Of a stretch of DNA of 19,498 bases, positions 10,001 to 19,498 are shown one piece after another. Below the pieces are notes generated by a model. The model ran no database searches. It saw nothing but the letters and a program-made list of their open reading frames with translations, and was not told where the DNA came from. A program made the position numbers and the translations under genes. The number at the start of each line of letters is the position of its first letter. The stretch's first letter is position 1. Source of the stretch: Octopus sinensis (taxonomy: Eukaryota); the NCBI RefSeq assembly GCF_006345805.1, contig NW_021824261.1, positions 1 to 19,498 on the forward strand, read 5' to 3'.

Positions 10001-10044
10001 ACACAACTTTTCGTCTGAAGTACTCTCTAGCCTTCATCAGGTGT
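10001..10044 (-). ncRNA. Minimal type-I hammerhead motif
   Basis: ACAC-CUGAUGA-A-GGCU-(12 nt)-AGAC-GAAA-A-GUU-GUGU: helix I is a perfect 4 bp, the cores are canonical and helix II has 3 of 4 pairs. One change (C to A) would break an ACGU palindrome. Confidence 0.7.
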
Positions 10045-10092
10045 CCTGGGGGAATTTCGAACATGGGTTCTCATTCCTAAAATATTTTCCCG

Positions 10093-10426
10093 TTGTTGTT
10101 GCTGCTGTTGTTGTTGTTATTGTTGTTGTTGTTGTTGTTGTTGTTGTTCTTCTTCTTCTTCTTCTTCTTCTTCTTCTTCTTCTTCTTCTACTTCCTCTTT
10201 TCTTCTTCTTCTTCTTCTACTTCTCTTCTTCTACTTCTTCTTCTGCTTTTTTCTTCTCTTCTTTTCTTTCTTTCTTCTGCTTTTTTTTTTTTTTCTTCTT
10301 CTATTCTTTCTTCTTCTTCTCTTTCTTCTTATTCTCATTTTATTATTATTATCATTATTATTATCATTATTATTATTATTATTATATATTATTATATATT
10401 ATTATTATTATTATTATTATTATTAT
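10093..10426. repeat. Compound (TTG)n-(TTC)n-(TTA)n microsatellite
   Basis: Direct reading. Confidence 0.95.
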
Positions 10427-11281
10427 CCAAGTTACTGCCTGGAATCGAACTCGTAGTCTTGGGGTTAGTAGTCCGCGCTCTTAACCATTTCATTCCACAT
10501 AAATTTTAACAGCAGAAATCTTACGTGGACCCCCCAGGGCTCATAGGTACACCGGCTGAGAAACATCACTGTCGACATAGTCTAAAAAAAACACTTTAAG
10601 AGGAAGAAAAAATAGTAACAACAGAGATCAGCAAATTTAACTCACGGCTTGCATTTCACAATGTTTTCATATGAAGGTTGTTATGGACCCTATAATTTTA
10701 AACACTCACACACATTTCCATATTTCCTACGTATGTTCACTTTAGGTCTTTATACCCCTACACGGTCAAGAACTTATTTTAATTAATTAATTTAGTTTTT
10801 AATGAATAAGAGCATATGTATGTGCACCCAAGTCTGAAAAATATATACACTTTTAATCATTCTTAGGGCTTATAAAGTGTGTCAAATTACATAAGTGTTT
10901 TACTCCACTTAATTGAATAGGTTAATTAATTAATTTACATACACTCACACGCACGCACACAGATAGATACATGCGTGAGTGTCTGCGTATAGTATGTATA
11001 TATATACATAAACACACCGAAACATATATATATATACGCACATATATGAGCATACACACACACACACATATATACATATATATATATACATACATATATA
11101 TATATATATATACACAACCTACATACACATATATATGTATACAGATAAATATAAATATATATTTATACCTATAAATATATATTAAAACACGCTATTATAT
11201 ATATATATATATATAATATAGTATATATATAATAACAATGATAAATCTCAGACCGAGCTACAAACAGTAGCAGCAACACAT

Positions 11282-11485
11282 CGTGACGTATATTTGCCAT
11301 TTGAATATGGCTAACCCTCAGGGTGAATGCTACTGTAGTTTGTAGCCCCAGGAGGACACCCCCTCCAGCTGGCTATAGACACATTTTCTGTGCCCTATCA
11401 GTATTTTCTGGCCCTACCAGAAGCCATCCTTCCCGTCTTCAACTTATGATACACACGGACTCGAGTTTCAGGGTATTGACCCGTC

Positions 11486-11487
<2 letters not shown>
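11282..11487 (-). mobile_element. PLE pLTR-like unit with partial hammerhead (11458-11487)
   Basis: Minus strand (U)AUGA-C-GGGU-CAAU-ACCC-U-GAAA-CUCGAG-UC: palindromic helix III ACUCGAGU and a GUC triplet. The 5' side is replaced by (TA)n. Confidence 0.5.
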
Positions 11488-11547
<60 letters not shown>

Positions 11548-11562
11548 ATGTATGTGTGTGTG

Positions 11563-11704
11563 TGCTTGACAACCGATGCTGGTTTGTTACGCCCCGGCAC
11601 CCAGCGGTTCGGCAAAAGAGACCGATAGAATAAGTACTGGGCTTAAAAAGAATAAGTTCGGGGTCGATTTACTCGACTAAAGGCGGTGCTCCACCATGGC
11701 CGCA
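11563..11704 (+). mobile_element. SINE family A, 3' segment (opposite orientation to the adjoining head)
   Basis: Aligns with 3540-3672 and with the reverse complement of 19380-19498. Confidence 0.85.
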
Positions 11705-11944
11705 TTGGTTGTCAAGCAATGATAGGGGGACACACAAACACACACACACACATACATATATATATATACATATATACGACAGGCTTCTTTCAGTTTCTGT
11801 CTACCAAATCCACTCACAAGGCATTGGTCGGCCCGGGGCTATAGCAGAAGACACTTGCCCAAGGTGCCACGCAGTGGGACTGAACCCCCGGAACCATGTG
11901 GTTGGTTAGCAAGCTACTTACCACACAGCCACTCCTGCGCCTAT
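11705..11944 (-). mobile_element. SINE family A, 5' half with tRNA-derived head
   Basis: A-box-like TGGCTGTGTGGT (11920-11931), B-box-like GGTTCAGTCCC (11876-11886) and an internal (TA)/(TG) tract. It resembles the tRNA-derived octopus SINE class (OK/OR types); the exact family is not assigned. Confidence 0.9.
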
Positions 11945-12614
11945 GTATACATGAATTTATGAAAGTGTGTATGCATGTGTGTATGTATGTATCCTCTTTT
12001 AAGAATACATTTACCTTAATGGCCTCGTACGGGTGCAGCTCTTATTTGACAGATGCTATTCTTTGTTTCCTCTCATGGTATCTTATTTTATTTTCTGCTT
12101 TTTATTTCCTTCTCCTTTATTGCTCATGTTTTCTAGTTACTGTTCTTCGTCGAAGTATAATATTACCATATTTGTTTCTTTTTAATTTGTTTTGCTTTGT
12201 TTTGCTTTGTTGTTTTTTTTAGTTCAGTTCTGACAAAGAATGAACAAGAAGGCATGAGGTTATCTAGAAATACGTGCAAAATTTCTGCTTGGAGAGTTAT
12301 CTCTCTTTTTACTGTTTCTCGGTTTCGCTCTTGTGAGATTACGATTGTATTTCAACTTCCGCTCGGTATTACGGTGTGATTTCTCATTCACATTGTATCT
12401 TAACAAGGAAGAAAGAAAAAATAAAGGGAAATATTTACAGATAAGAAACAAGATTACTGATAAAAAAGAAGGAAGCTATAAATTATACAGCTGAATGGTC
12501 ATCGTGGTCGCCGTCATCGTCGTTGTCGTAGTTGTTGCTGACTGTGAATTCGCCTTGGTCATCCTTGGTTTAGTTATTCTAGCGTAAAAAAATAAAAACT
12601 GCCTCTCAGTCCAT

Positions 12615-12890
12615 TTCGATGACAAGTATTCCAGTTGATCCAATCATCGGTACAGCCAATTCGTAAAGATTAACGTGCAAGTGGCTGAGCATTCCACAGA
12701 CATGCGTAACCTTAACCTAGTTCTGAGGGCGATTCAGCGTGACACAGAATGTAACAAGGTTTGTCCTTCCAATTACTGTTACAATTTGTGTTTGACTGGA
12801 ACAACGTGAAATAAACTCCCTTACTCCAGGACATGACACGCTGCCGAGTATAGAACTCACGAAGTCATGATTGAGAGCCGAATATCCTAA
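12615..12890 (-). mobile_element. tRNA-derived SINE family C (diverged)
   Basis: Minus-strand head TTAGGATATTCGGCTC...GTGAGTTCTATACTCGGC, then TGTCCTGGAGTAAGGGAGTTTATTTCACGTTGTTCCAGTC and CTCAGCCACTTGCACGTTAA, typical of SINE central domains. Confidence 0.7.
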
Positions 12891-12956
12891 GCATATTTTT
12901 TTCCTCAAACATCAAACTCACAGTGGCTGCATTTTGTCAGGAGATTTTGGTTTGTG

Positions 12957-13018
12957 TATTGCTATGCATCACATATTATATTACCGCATGGTTATATAAT
13001 ATCTGATGCATAGCAATA
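12957..13018. repeat. 62-nt near-perfect palindrome
   Basis: TATTGCTATGCATCA-C-ATATTATAT-T-ACC-GCAT-GGT-T-ATATAATAT-C-TGATGCATAGCAATA: 27 pairs, 2 mismatches, 4-nt loop. Confidence 0.9.
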
Positions 13019-13124
13019 ACTCTCGATCCATCAGTCACTCCGTAACTGCCGCCATTATCTATTATAGTTATTTAACTTTTGTTATCTGGATTTCTAATTT
13101 AGACACAAGGTTAGCAATTTTGAA

Positions 13125-13300
13125 GGAAGTAGATGAAAATGTAGCATCAACAGAGTGTACTAAATTGGCAAATTATGTTATTGAAATCGGAGACAAGGTA
13201 ATGCTTGCCTGGACAGTATTTGAACTCGAGTCCCACATTAGCCGGTGCAAATGCAGCAAATCATTGTATTCGACGCTCTAATCATTCTATTACCGAACCT
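13125..13300 (-). mobile_element. Very old SINE family B-like remnant
   Basis: Minus strand ...ATGATTAGAGCGTCGAATACAATG...GAGTTCAAATACTGTCCAGG follows the family B head pattern. Confidence 0.5.
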
Positions 13301-13469
13301 TGCCACATACCTAATCCGCAGCTACCCTAGTTGCTTTATCTAAAACGTTGCAAACTTATGCCTCCATTACTGCAATTTATTTTCACTAAGAATCCAATAC
13401 GTCTCATCGTTGTATGATATTCTCAGTACGTTCAGTGCAAAAGTTGAAATACAATGCTTTCCCCTAAGT

Positions 13470-14250
13470 GGCAGCTCACGAGTGAGTTTGATACCCACAA
13501 GCTTGTTGTTACATGTTTCTATATATTGTCTGGCATCAGCTCTTGGATGAACTGGGATTAATTAGGAAGAGCTGATTCATACTGAAATTCATACTGAAAT
13601 GCCACTGCATACTTAATCCATCCAGGTCTTAACAACTGTCTCCAAGACCCCGGCGAATCCACCGTCATTATTTCTAGGACATGTAGAATTATTCGAGGTG
13701 GTATAACATGATTTTCGTTACTCACCAATCCGCAAAACATCTCAAACGCTGGTAACTCATGGACATAGAAGTACTTAATTTGGACAAAACCACATGTCGT
13801 TCTTCCTGATATTCGTCGAAGTTTTTCGCATTAGATTTCGAAACATTGTTATAGCTGTGATAGTTTTTAACCTTGTAAAATAACCGCTTGCCACGGAACA
13901 GTCCGTTTTACAGTGTGTCTGCAGAAGTGAATTGGCTTCTCCTTAATACATACGATATGTATCGAAGGTGCTCGTGCATTACTGTTCTGATAGGCCATTC
14001 CAGCATCTGAAGTTAGTTCATGATGGTCTTCTTTGATATTCTAGGATCGTAATCAATTATATTTTGAGCCCGTTGGATGAACTGCGGGCTCTCTTTAGTG
14101 TCTGAAAGTATAAAACATTTCGCTTTTCTTCTATACATTTGGAAAATGTTTGCGAAATGCGTTTAATTCAAACTAGAATCCGTATACAACGGATCTTGCA
14201 TCAGGTAGAAATATTGTAATTTGTAAGTCGTTGTGTCCTGAACATATGTA
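13470..14250 (-). mobile_element. Tc1/mariner DD37D (maT-like) transposase fossil
   Basis: Fragmented frames give PQFIQRAQNIIDYDP, IRTVMHEHLRYISYVLRRSQF, KRLFYKVK, SNAKNFDE (FSDEKNF motif), MFCGLVSNENHVIPP, and IQELMPDN..HVTTSLWVSNS (WPPNSPDL motif). Many stops and indels. Confidence 0.8.
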
Positions 14251-14544
14251 TATTACCTGTTTTGGTGAGAATCTTTAAAAATCCCAACACAATGAAAACA
14301 TTTTAATTGGTTTCAAGAGAGTAACATACTGATGATTAAGTATCCTCAAATACTCCTCGCATCCTGTATATGGATACGTAGACCCCCCCTCCACACATGA
14401 ATAAATAATTGAGTTAAATAAAGAAACAGCAAAAATCTTAATGCAAAAATCATAATACAAATAAATATGCACGATACATAAAATACTCTGAATAGTCTGG
14501 GTTGATATGTATTTTGTATTACATATTTACAATACTCGAACATC

Positions 14545-14654
14545 AGTCTGTCTGACTGTCTGTCTGACTGTCTGTCTGTCTGTCTGTCTGTCTCCCAGTC
14601 TGTCTGTATGTATGTAAGTTTGCCTATTTGTCTCTGTATCTATTTATTTGTCTG

Positions 14655-14690
<36 letters not shown>

Positions 14691-14691
14691 C

Positions 14692-14746
<55 letters not shown>

Positions 14747-14747
14747 C

Positions 14748-14802
<55 letters not shown>

Positions 14803-14821
14803 CATCTATCTATCTATCTAT

Positions 14822-14873
<52 letters not shown>

Positions 14874-14938
14874 GTTTGACTACCTGCATGTATAGTTACC
14901 TATCTGCCTGTCTGCCTGTCTAGCTACCTACCTGTCTG

Positions 14939-14990
<52 letters not shown>

Positions 14991-15013
14991 ATATCTATCT
15001 ATTTGTTTGTCTG

Positions 15014-15071
<58 letters not shown>

Positions 15072-15110
15072 ATTATGTCTGCCTATGTGTCTGTCTGTCT
15101 ATCTATCTAC
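14545..15110. repeat. (GTCT)n/(ATCT)n tetranucleotide microsatellite
   Basis: Direct reading. Confidence 0.97.
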
Positions 15111-15319
15111 TTAAATATATCTACATGAGTTTGTGTGTGTGTGTGTGTATTTGTGTATCTGTATACGTATATGAATTGTCTGTTTCTCAATGATTGTGTG
15201 TGTGACGAAGTGGGTATATTGATTAAGTTATTAAGGAATTAATATATTTTATATAAAACATGTGTAGACATATATGCACACTGACAGACACGTAGGAAAT
15301 TGCGTATTGCATGCATTCC

Positions 15320-15357
<38 letters not shown>

Positions 15358-15914
15358 GTGTGTGTGTGCGGGATCGCGGGTCTGCGTGTAATTTACATGA
15401 AGTACATTAATTGCTTGATGACTACATAAAGATGTTCGCCAAACAGCCACTCACGTAGTATATACATACGTACATACATTATACATATATTATATATATA
15501 TATATATATTATATATATATGTATGTATATATATGTATATATTTATACATTATATGTAAATATACATATACATATATACATATATGTATATATATACATA
15601 CGTATATGTACATATATATATATGCATATACACAACACACCCACATATATATATTTATATGTTATATATATATATATATATATATACATATATAAATGCA
15701 TGGATATATGCATTACATGTAGATATAATTGATAGTAAGACATACACGGAAACCGTAATATAAAATTGATGCGTATGTTTGTATATGTATCTATATATAT
15801 ATATATATATATTCACATTGACACATATATACATACATACATATATATACATATATGTGTGTGCATAAGTGTATATACATATAAATATATAAATCCACGT
15901 ATATATGCGTGTAC

Positions 15915-15951
<37 letters not shown>

Positions 15952-16355
15952 CCATGTGCGTGCGTGCGCGTGTGTGTATAAGTTAGTCAATGAAGCACTC
16001 AGCTTCATAGAAAATCACATTCACAAACTATATGCTACATGGCACATTGCAGATATCTATGAAATCGAATGATTAAAAAGTAATAATGTAAATTCTATAG
16101 ATATTAATTACCTATATGAACGCCTGTATCTGGTGAAGTACTTCATAAAAAGATGAAGGAATTGGACATTTTGGTGAGCAAATGGGCGGAGAACGACGTC
16201 CAAGCTAAGAGGTATGTTTCTTGTACAATGGCAGTCGTAAGCAGATAATAGACTCTTGTATCTCTCTCTTTCCCCTAATGCCTAATTTTACTGAATACAT
16301 ACCTTTCTGTTTAGAATATATTGATGTAAGCATGTATGTGCATATTCATATGTTG

Positions 16356-16402
<47 letters not shown>

Positions 16403-16493
16403 ATATATATATATATATATATATTGTGTATATATATATGGGGTATTGCCGTGTGTCTGGATGGGTGTCAATATGCATACATATATGTGTGTG

Positions 16494-16538
<45 letters not shown>

Positions 16539-16836
16539 TACACACATGTACGCATATATGTGAGTGTAAATATGTATGTATGTATATATATGTATATATA
16601 TATATATATAGATGTATCTGTATAATGATATTTACATAGATATATACCAATTCATATATACATTTATTCATGTAAATATATATTTAAAAAATACATATGT
16701 ATATTGTAAATATATATAATATATATTATATATATATATATATACTACATATAATATATATATGTATATATATATTCGTATTTGTATATATATATATATG
16801 TATGCATCTATTTCTGTACATAGTTTTATGTATTAC

Positions 16837-16966
16837 ATATTGGCTCAGGTGTGGTTGGGTGATAATGTGTTTACTTCCTAACTAGATCGCTCTGTATTCG
16901 GCCATCTGCGCAGTACCTAGGGCAAGTGCCTGCCGCCATGACATCAGGTCGACCAAATGTAAAGAA
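16837..16966 (+). mobile_element. SINE family A head, old and diverged
   Basis: ATTGGCTCAGGTGTGGTTGGGTGATAA...CTGCGCAGTACCTAGGGCAAGTG...GGTCGACCAAA aligns with the reverse complement of 11822-11944. Confidence 0.7.
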
Positions 16967-17123
16967 TTTGCCGAACCGCTAATTCACGGTCACGTAAACA
17001 CAAAAACATCATTTGTCAAGTAATGGTGGGGTGACAAAAACACACATACACACAAACACATATATACATAAATATATACGACGGACTTCTTTCAGTTTTC
17101 ATCTACCAGATACACCCACAAGG
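16967..17123 (-). mobile_element. SINE family A middle segment, inverted relative to the adjoining head
   Basis: TATACGACGGACTTCTTTCAGTTTTCATCTACCAGATACACCCACAAGG matches 11774-11822; TTTGCCGAACCGCT is the reverse complement of AGCGGTTCGGCAAA at 11602-11615. Confidence 0.8.
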
Positions 17124-17299
17124 GTTATTACGGAGAGTTGTTTTGGAGAATATCTTATATATTAAATCTGAGGTTATGCAAATTTTTAGGATTTTTCACC
17201 TCTGTAAAAGTTTACAAAAAAAAAAATGTTGAGGTGCTTCTCTTTTATTAGATAGGCACAAGATGTGATAGTATTTTTACTGAATTTGCTTTTAATGAA

Positions 17300-17950
17300 T
17301 TTAGACCTTTTGCTTCGAAAATATAAATGTCAAAGTGACAATCTCCACTATTTAAACACTCAGAAATTTTCAGCATTTTTGTCTAAAAAAACAATATAGG
17401 CGGGTGTTAACTTTGATAGTTATTTCTTTTGCATGTCACGGCCTTCTTTAGTATATGAAAATGTTTCCCTTGTTTTTTGATGTTCCCAAAGTATATGCGT
17501 AAAAGTTTGTGTGTCCGTATGTTTCTCTCTAGGTGTCCATTGATCTATAAGGAATTTGATGAGTATATGAAGATTTTAACTTTTGTGTTTTATTGAGGGA
17601 GAGTTTGATTGCCGTCTGTTTATAAAATTTCTTCAAATTCTGTTCCAGATATATGCTAAAGAGGCGCTGTTCTGGAAGGTGTGCGTATATTCATGTACAA
17701 AATTAAGAACAAACATTATATGAAGTTTAATCAGAAACAAAAGGAAAAGAAAAATATGTTAAAGAATAAAAAGGAAATGATGTTTCAGTTTTTTGCGCAC
17801 AAGTATATATTTTCATGTATTTGTATTGTGGATTTGTGTATTTGGGTGGGGGTAGCATTTTGGTTGGAGATATGTGAAACTTTCAGATAATTTCTAAAGT
17901 ACTTGCTTAATGAAAAGCTATAAAAGTATAGAACTGTAAGAGTCTTTATT
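17300..17950 (-). pseudogene. Possible highly decayed Penelope-type GIY-YIG endonuclease region
   Basis: Scattered minus-strand fragments (NYLKVSHISN; YI..(T)E.LKKFYKQ; TFTHILWE; possible CxLCxxEK remnant) appear in the order expected for PLE endonucleases. The similarity is weak and judged by eye. Confidence 0.25.
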
Positions 17951-18174
17951 ATTTATATATTATGGGGATAGTGTATGGTGCAGGTGGATGGAGTGAAGGT
18001 GATGAGATATTAACACGTTTAGCCGTTAGAAACGATTATGGGTTTTAAATGTTTTAGTCGTTTTAAGATTTTGTGCTTACATGAAGAGATTAGTTCCGAG
18101 TTTCGGTTCAAGATTTCGTCCATGAATGCTAGTATTTAGTAGGATTATATATATATGTATGTGTGTGTATGCGC

Positions 18175-18211
<37 letters not shown>

Positions 18212-18414
18212 GTGTGCGTGTGTGTTATATATATATTTATTTATGTATATATACAAATAGATATATACAAATACATATATACATATATATAATATATATA
18301 ATATATATATAATATATATATATATAAATTATATATATACATATATATATCATATATATAATTATACATACAACATTACATACACACATATATATTATAA
18401 TATATATATACATA

Positions 18415-18560
18415 TAGGTGAAGTTTACAGATAAACAAATGACGACGATTAGGTGTATAAACAATAAACAGGTGTATTTGTTTAACGCTCGGGAAGCTGA
18501 GAAAGTCTTTTACGTTTCGAGCCTACGCTCCTCAACAGAGAAAAACACGAAGATATAAGC
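18415..18560 (-). mobile_element. PLE pLTR-like unit with degenerate minimal hammerhead (18505-18538)
   Basis: Minus strand CUGUUGA-G-GAGC-GUAG-GCUC-GAAA-C-GUA-AAAGAC; same architecture as 3836-3870. Confidence 0.5.
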
Positions 18561-18589
18561 AGAATATTTATATATATTAATTTTTCTTT

Positions 18590-18652
18590 TCTACTCCAGG
18601 AACAAGGCCCGAAATTTTAAGGGAGGGGGTCAGTCGATTCGATCGACCCCTA
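18590..18652 (-). mobile_element. SINE family B 3' fragment
   Basis: GTCGATTCGATCGACCCC matches 9122-9139; the flanking AAGGCCCGAAATTTT resembles 9345-9360. Confidence 0.65.
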
Positions 18653-18673
18653 GAGTAGAAAAGGTTATTTATC

Positions 18674-18744
18674 AATAGCTAGTAAGTAACATGCCAAAGA
18701 AAAGGTAAATAAGCTTTTTTATTGTATGTTTCTTACTAGCTATT
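18674..18744. repeat. 71-nt imperfect hairpin
   Basis: AATAGCTAGTAAG / CTTACTAGCTATT is a perfect 13-bp base; arms are 33 nt with 4 mismatches and 2 G-U pairs; 5-nt loop. Confidence 0.8.
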
Positions 18745-19364
18745 TACAACTGGCTTGAAAAATTTGCGTTCCTATATCGATATCCGACGTTCTAGACCTA
18801 CATATTCACATTATCAACCCATTCCTTGATACTGAGATTATGAAGGCCCAGAAACGCCACATATTGATCTAGGAAATCTGCTGTTTGTAACCAACTGTAA
18901 ATAGGTATTAAAAATATATGAAAAATATGAATTAGAAAAAGATAAACCTTGAACATAGTCGTGTATTCAATAAAACTACTTCACGCACAAACGCGATCAC
19001 ACATAATAACATATTATAGGACGTGTATACACTAGAACAGAAACGTTTGTAGTGCATCAAATTTTAGCTAGCATCCTCCAGAAGACCCACTCTGCTGCAC
19101 CAATCGATTATAAAGCTTGTTTCTACTATAGACATATATTATGAGGAGGAGGTGGTAGGTATTTGATTTAATCCCTCCATTACTTGGTTGTACTTAATTT
19201 ATCGACTTTCAACTTTGTTTTACTTATTACTTAAATAGATGCAGGTGAATACCACAAGCTGTTTTATTCTACACTCTACTGATTAAACTAATTCAAATTT
19301 CATTGAACCTAACATATCGATTTCTTACTTAACATGAATCTTTTACATGCTTTTACATGCTTCA

Positions 19365-19498
19365 GTCATTGGACTGCAACCATGCTGGGACACACCTCTT
19401 TGTAAGGGTTTAGTCGAACGAACTGATACTCCAACTCCGAATTTTTTAAAAGCCTGGCATTTTACTAGTCTCTTTCGACGAACCGCCAGGTTACGCGG
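19365..19498 (-). mobile_element. SINE family A 3' tail, diverged (runs off window edge)
   Basis: TTCAGTCATTGGACTGCAACCATGCTGG...TAGTCGA...GTCTCTTTCGACGAACCGC is the reverse complement of the 11600-11704 type sequence. Confidence 0.75.

Larger units (their letters stand above)
9912..10488 (-). mobile_element. SINE-like element: tRNA-derived head + expanded trinucleotide tract + hammerhead-bearing tail
   Basis: Minus-strand head TGGTTAAGAGCGCGGACTACTAACCCCAAGACTACGAGTTCGATTCCAGGC (partial A box, B box); hammerhead at 10001-10044; the tail ends AATAATGTAAATAATGTAC...AATATAGAACTG with no poly(A). Confidence 0.7.
9780..10571. mobile_element. hAT-like MITE interrupted by the 9912-10488 element
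   Basis: Imperfect TIRs: CAGAGGTTCTCGAC (9780) and the reverse complement of the right end CAGTGATGTTTCTCAGCC (10571). Sub-terminal (T)GGAC(T/C)CCC motifs occur at both ends. The 8-bp TSD is not preserved. Confidence 0.55.

Noticed and set aside
10425-10488. tRNA gene
   Set aside because: No acceptor stem, a truncated 5' end and a poorly paired anticodon stem; it is a SINE head. The same applies to 11876-11944 and 8417-8500.
12170-12378. Polypyrimidine tract + AG followed by an open frame (ORF 12197-12379)
   Set aside because: No convincing donor and no protein similarity; such acceptors are common in T-rich DNA.
14065-14092. GAGCCCG...CGGGCTC 7-bp hairpin
   Set aside because: It lies inside the decayed transposase coding sequence; a short stem of this size is expected by chance.
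14329-14335. CTGATGA
   Set aside because: No helix II, GAAA or helix I partner.
16128-16170. CTGGTGA + CTTCAT/ATGAAG hairpin as a hammerhead
   Set aside because: The core is mutated, GAAA is incomplete, and there is no NUH site or helix I.

Overview
An AT-rich, microsatellite-saturated eukaryotic window that is intergenic or intronic. The repeat families look to me like coleoid cephalopod (Octopus-type) DNA; this is inference from recognition, not a database hit. No intact host gene is supported, and almost all supplied ORFs are translation artefacts of (TA)n/(CA)n/(GATA)n/(TAA)n. The non-simple sequence is a mosaic of decayed mobile elements: a mariner 5' half (2724-3393), a DD37D/maT-like transposase fossil (~13470-14250), R4/Dong-type RLE LINE 3' ends inside (TAA)n arrays (5600-6459), at least three tRNA-derived SINE families, and a hAT-like MITE. 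There are also several short units carrying minimal type-I hammerhead-ribozyme motifs of the kind known from Penelope-like elements (PLEs). Two signals stand out. One is an element joining a Pol III tRNA-like head to a hammerhead-bearing, poly(A)-less tail (9912-10488, minus), a candidate PLE-mobilised SINE or retrozyme. The other is a 152-bp palindrome made of two back-to-back hammerhead units (4480-4631), nested inside a larger inverted duplication. Two SINE copies also have their 3' part inverted relative to the head.
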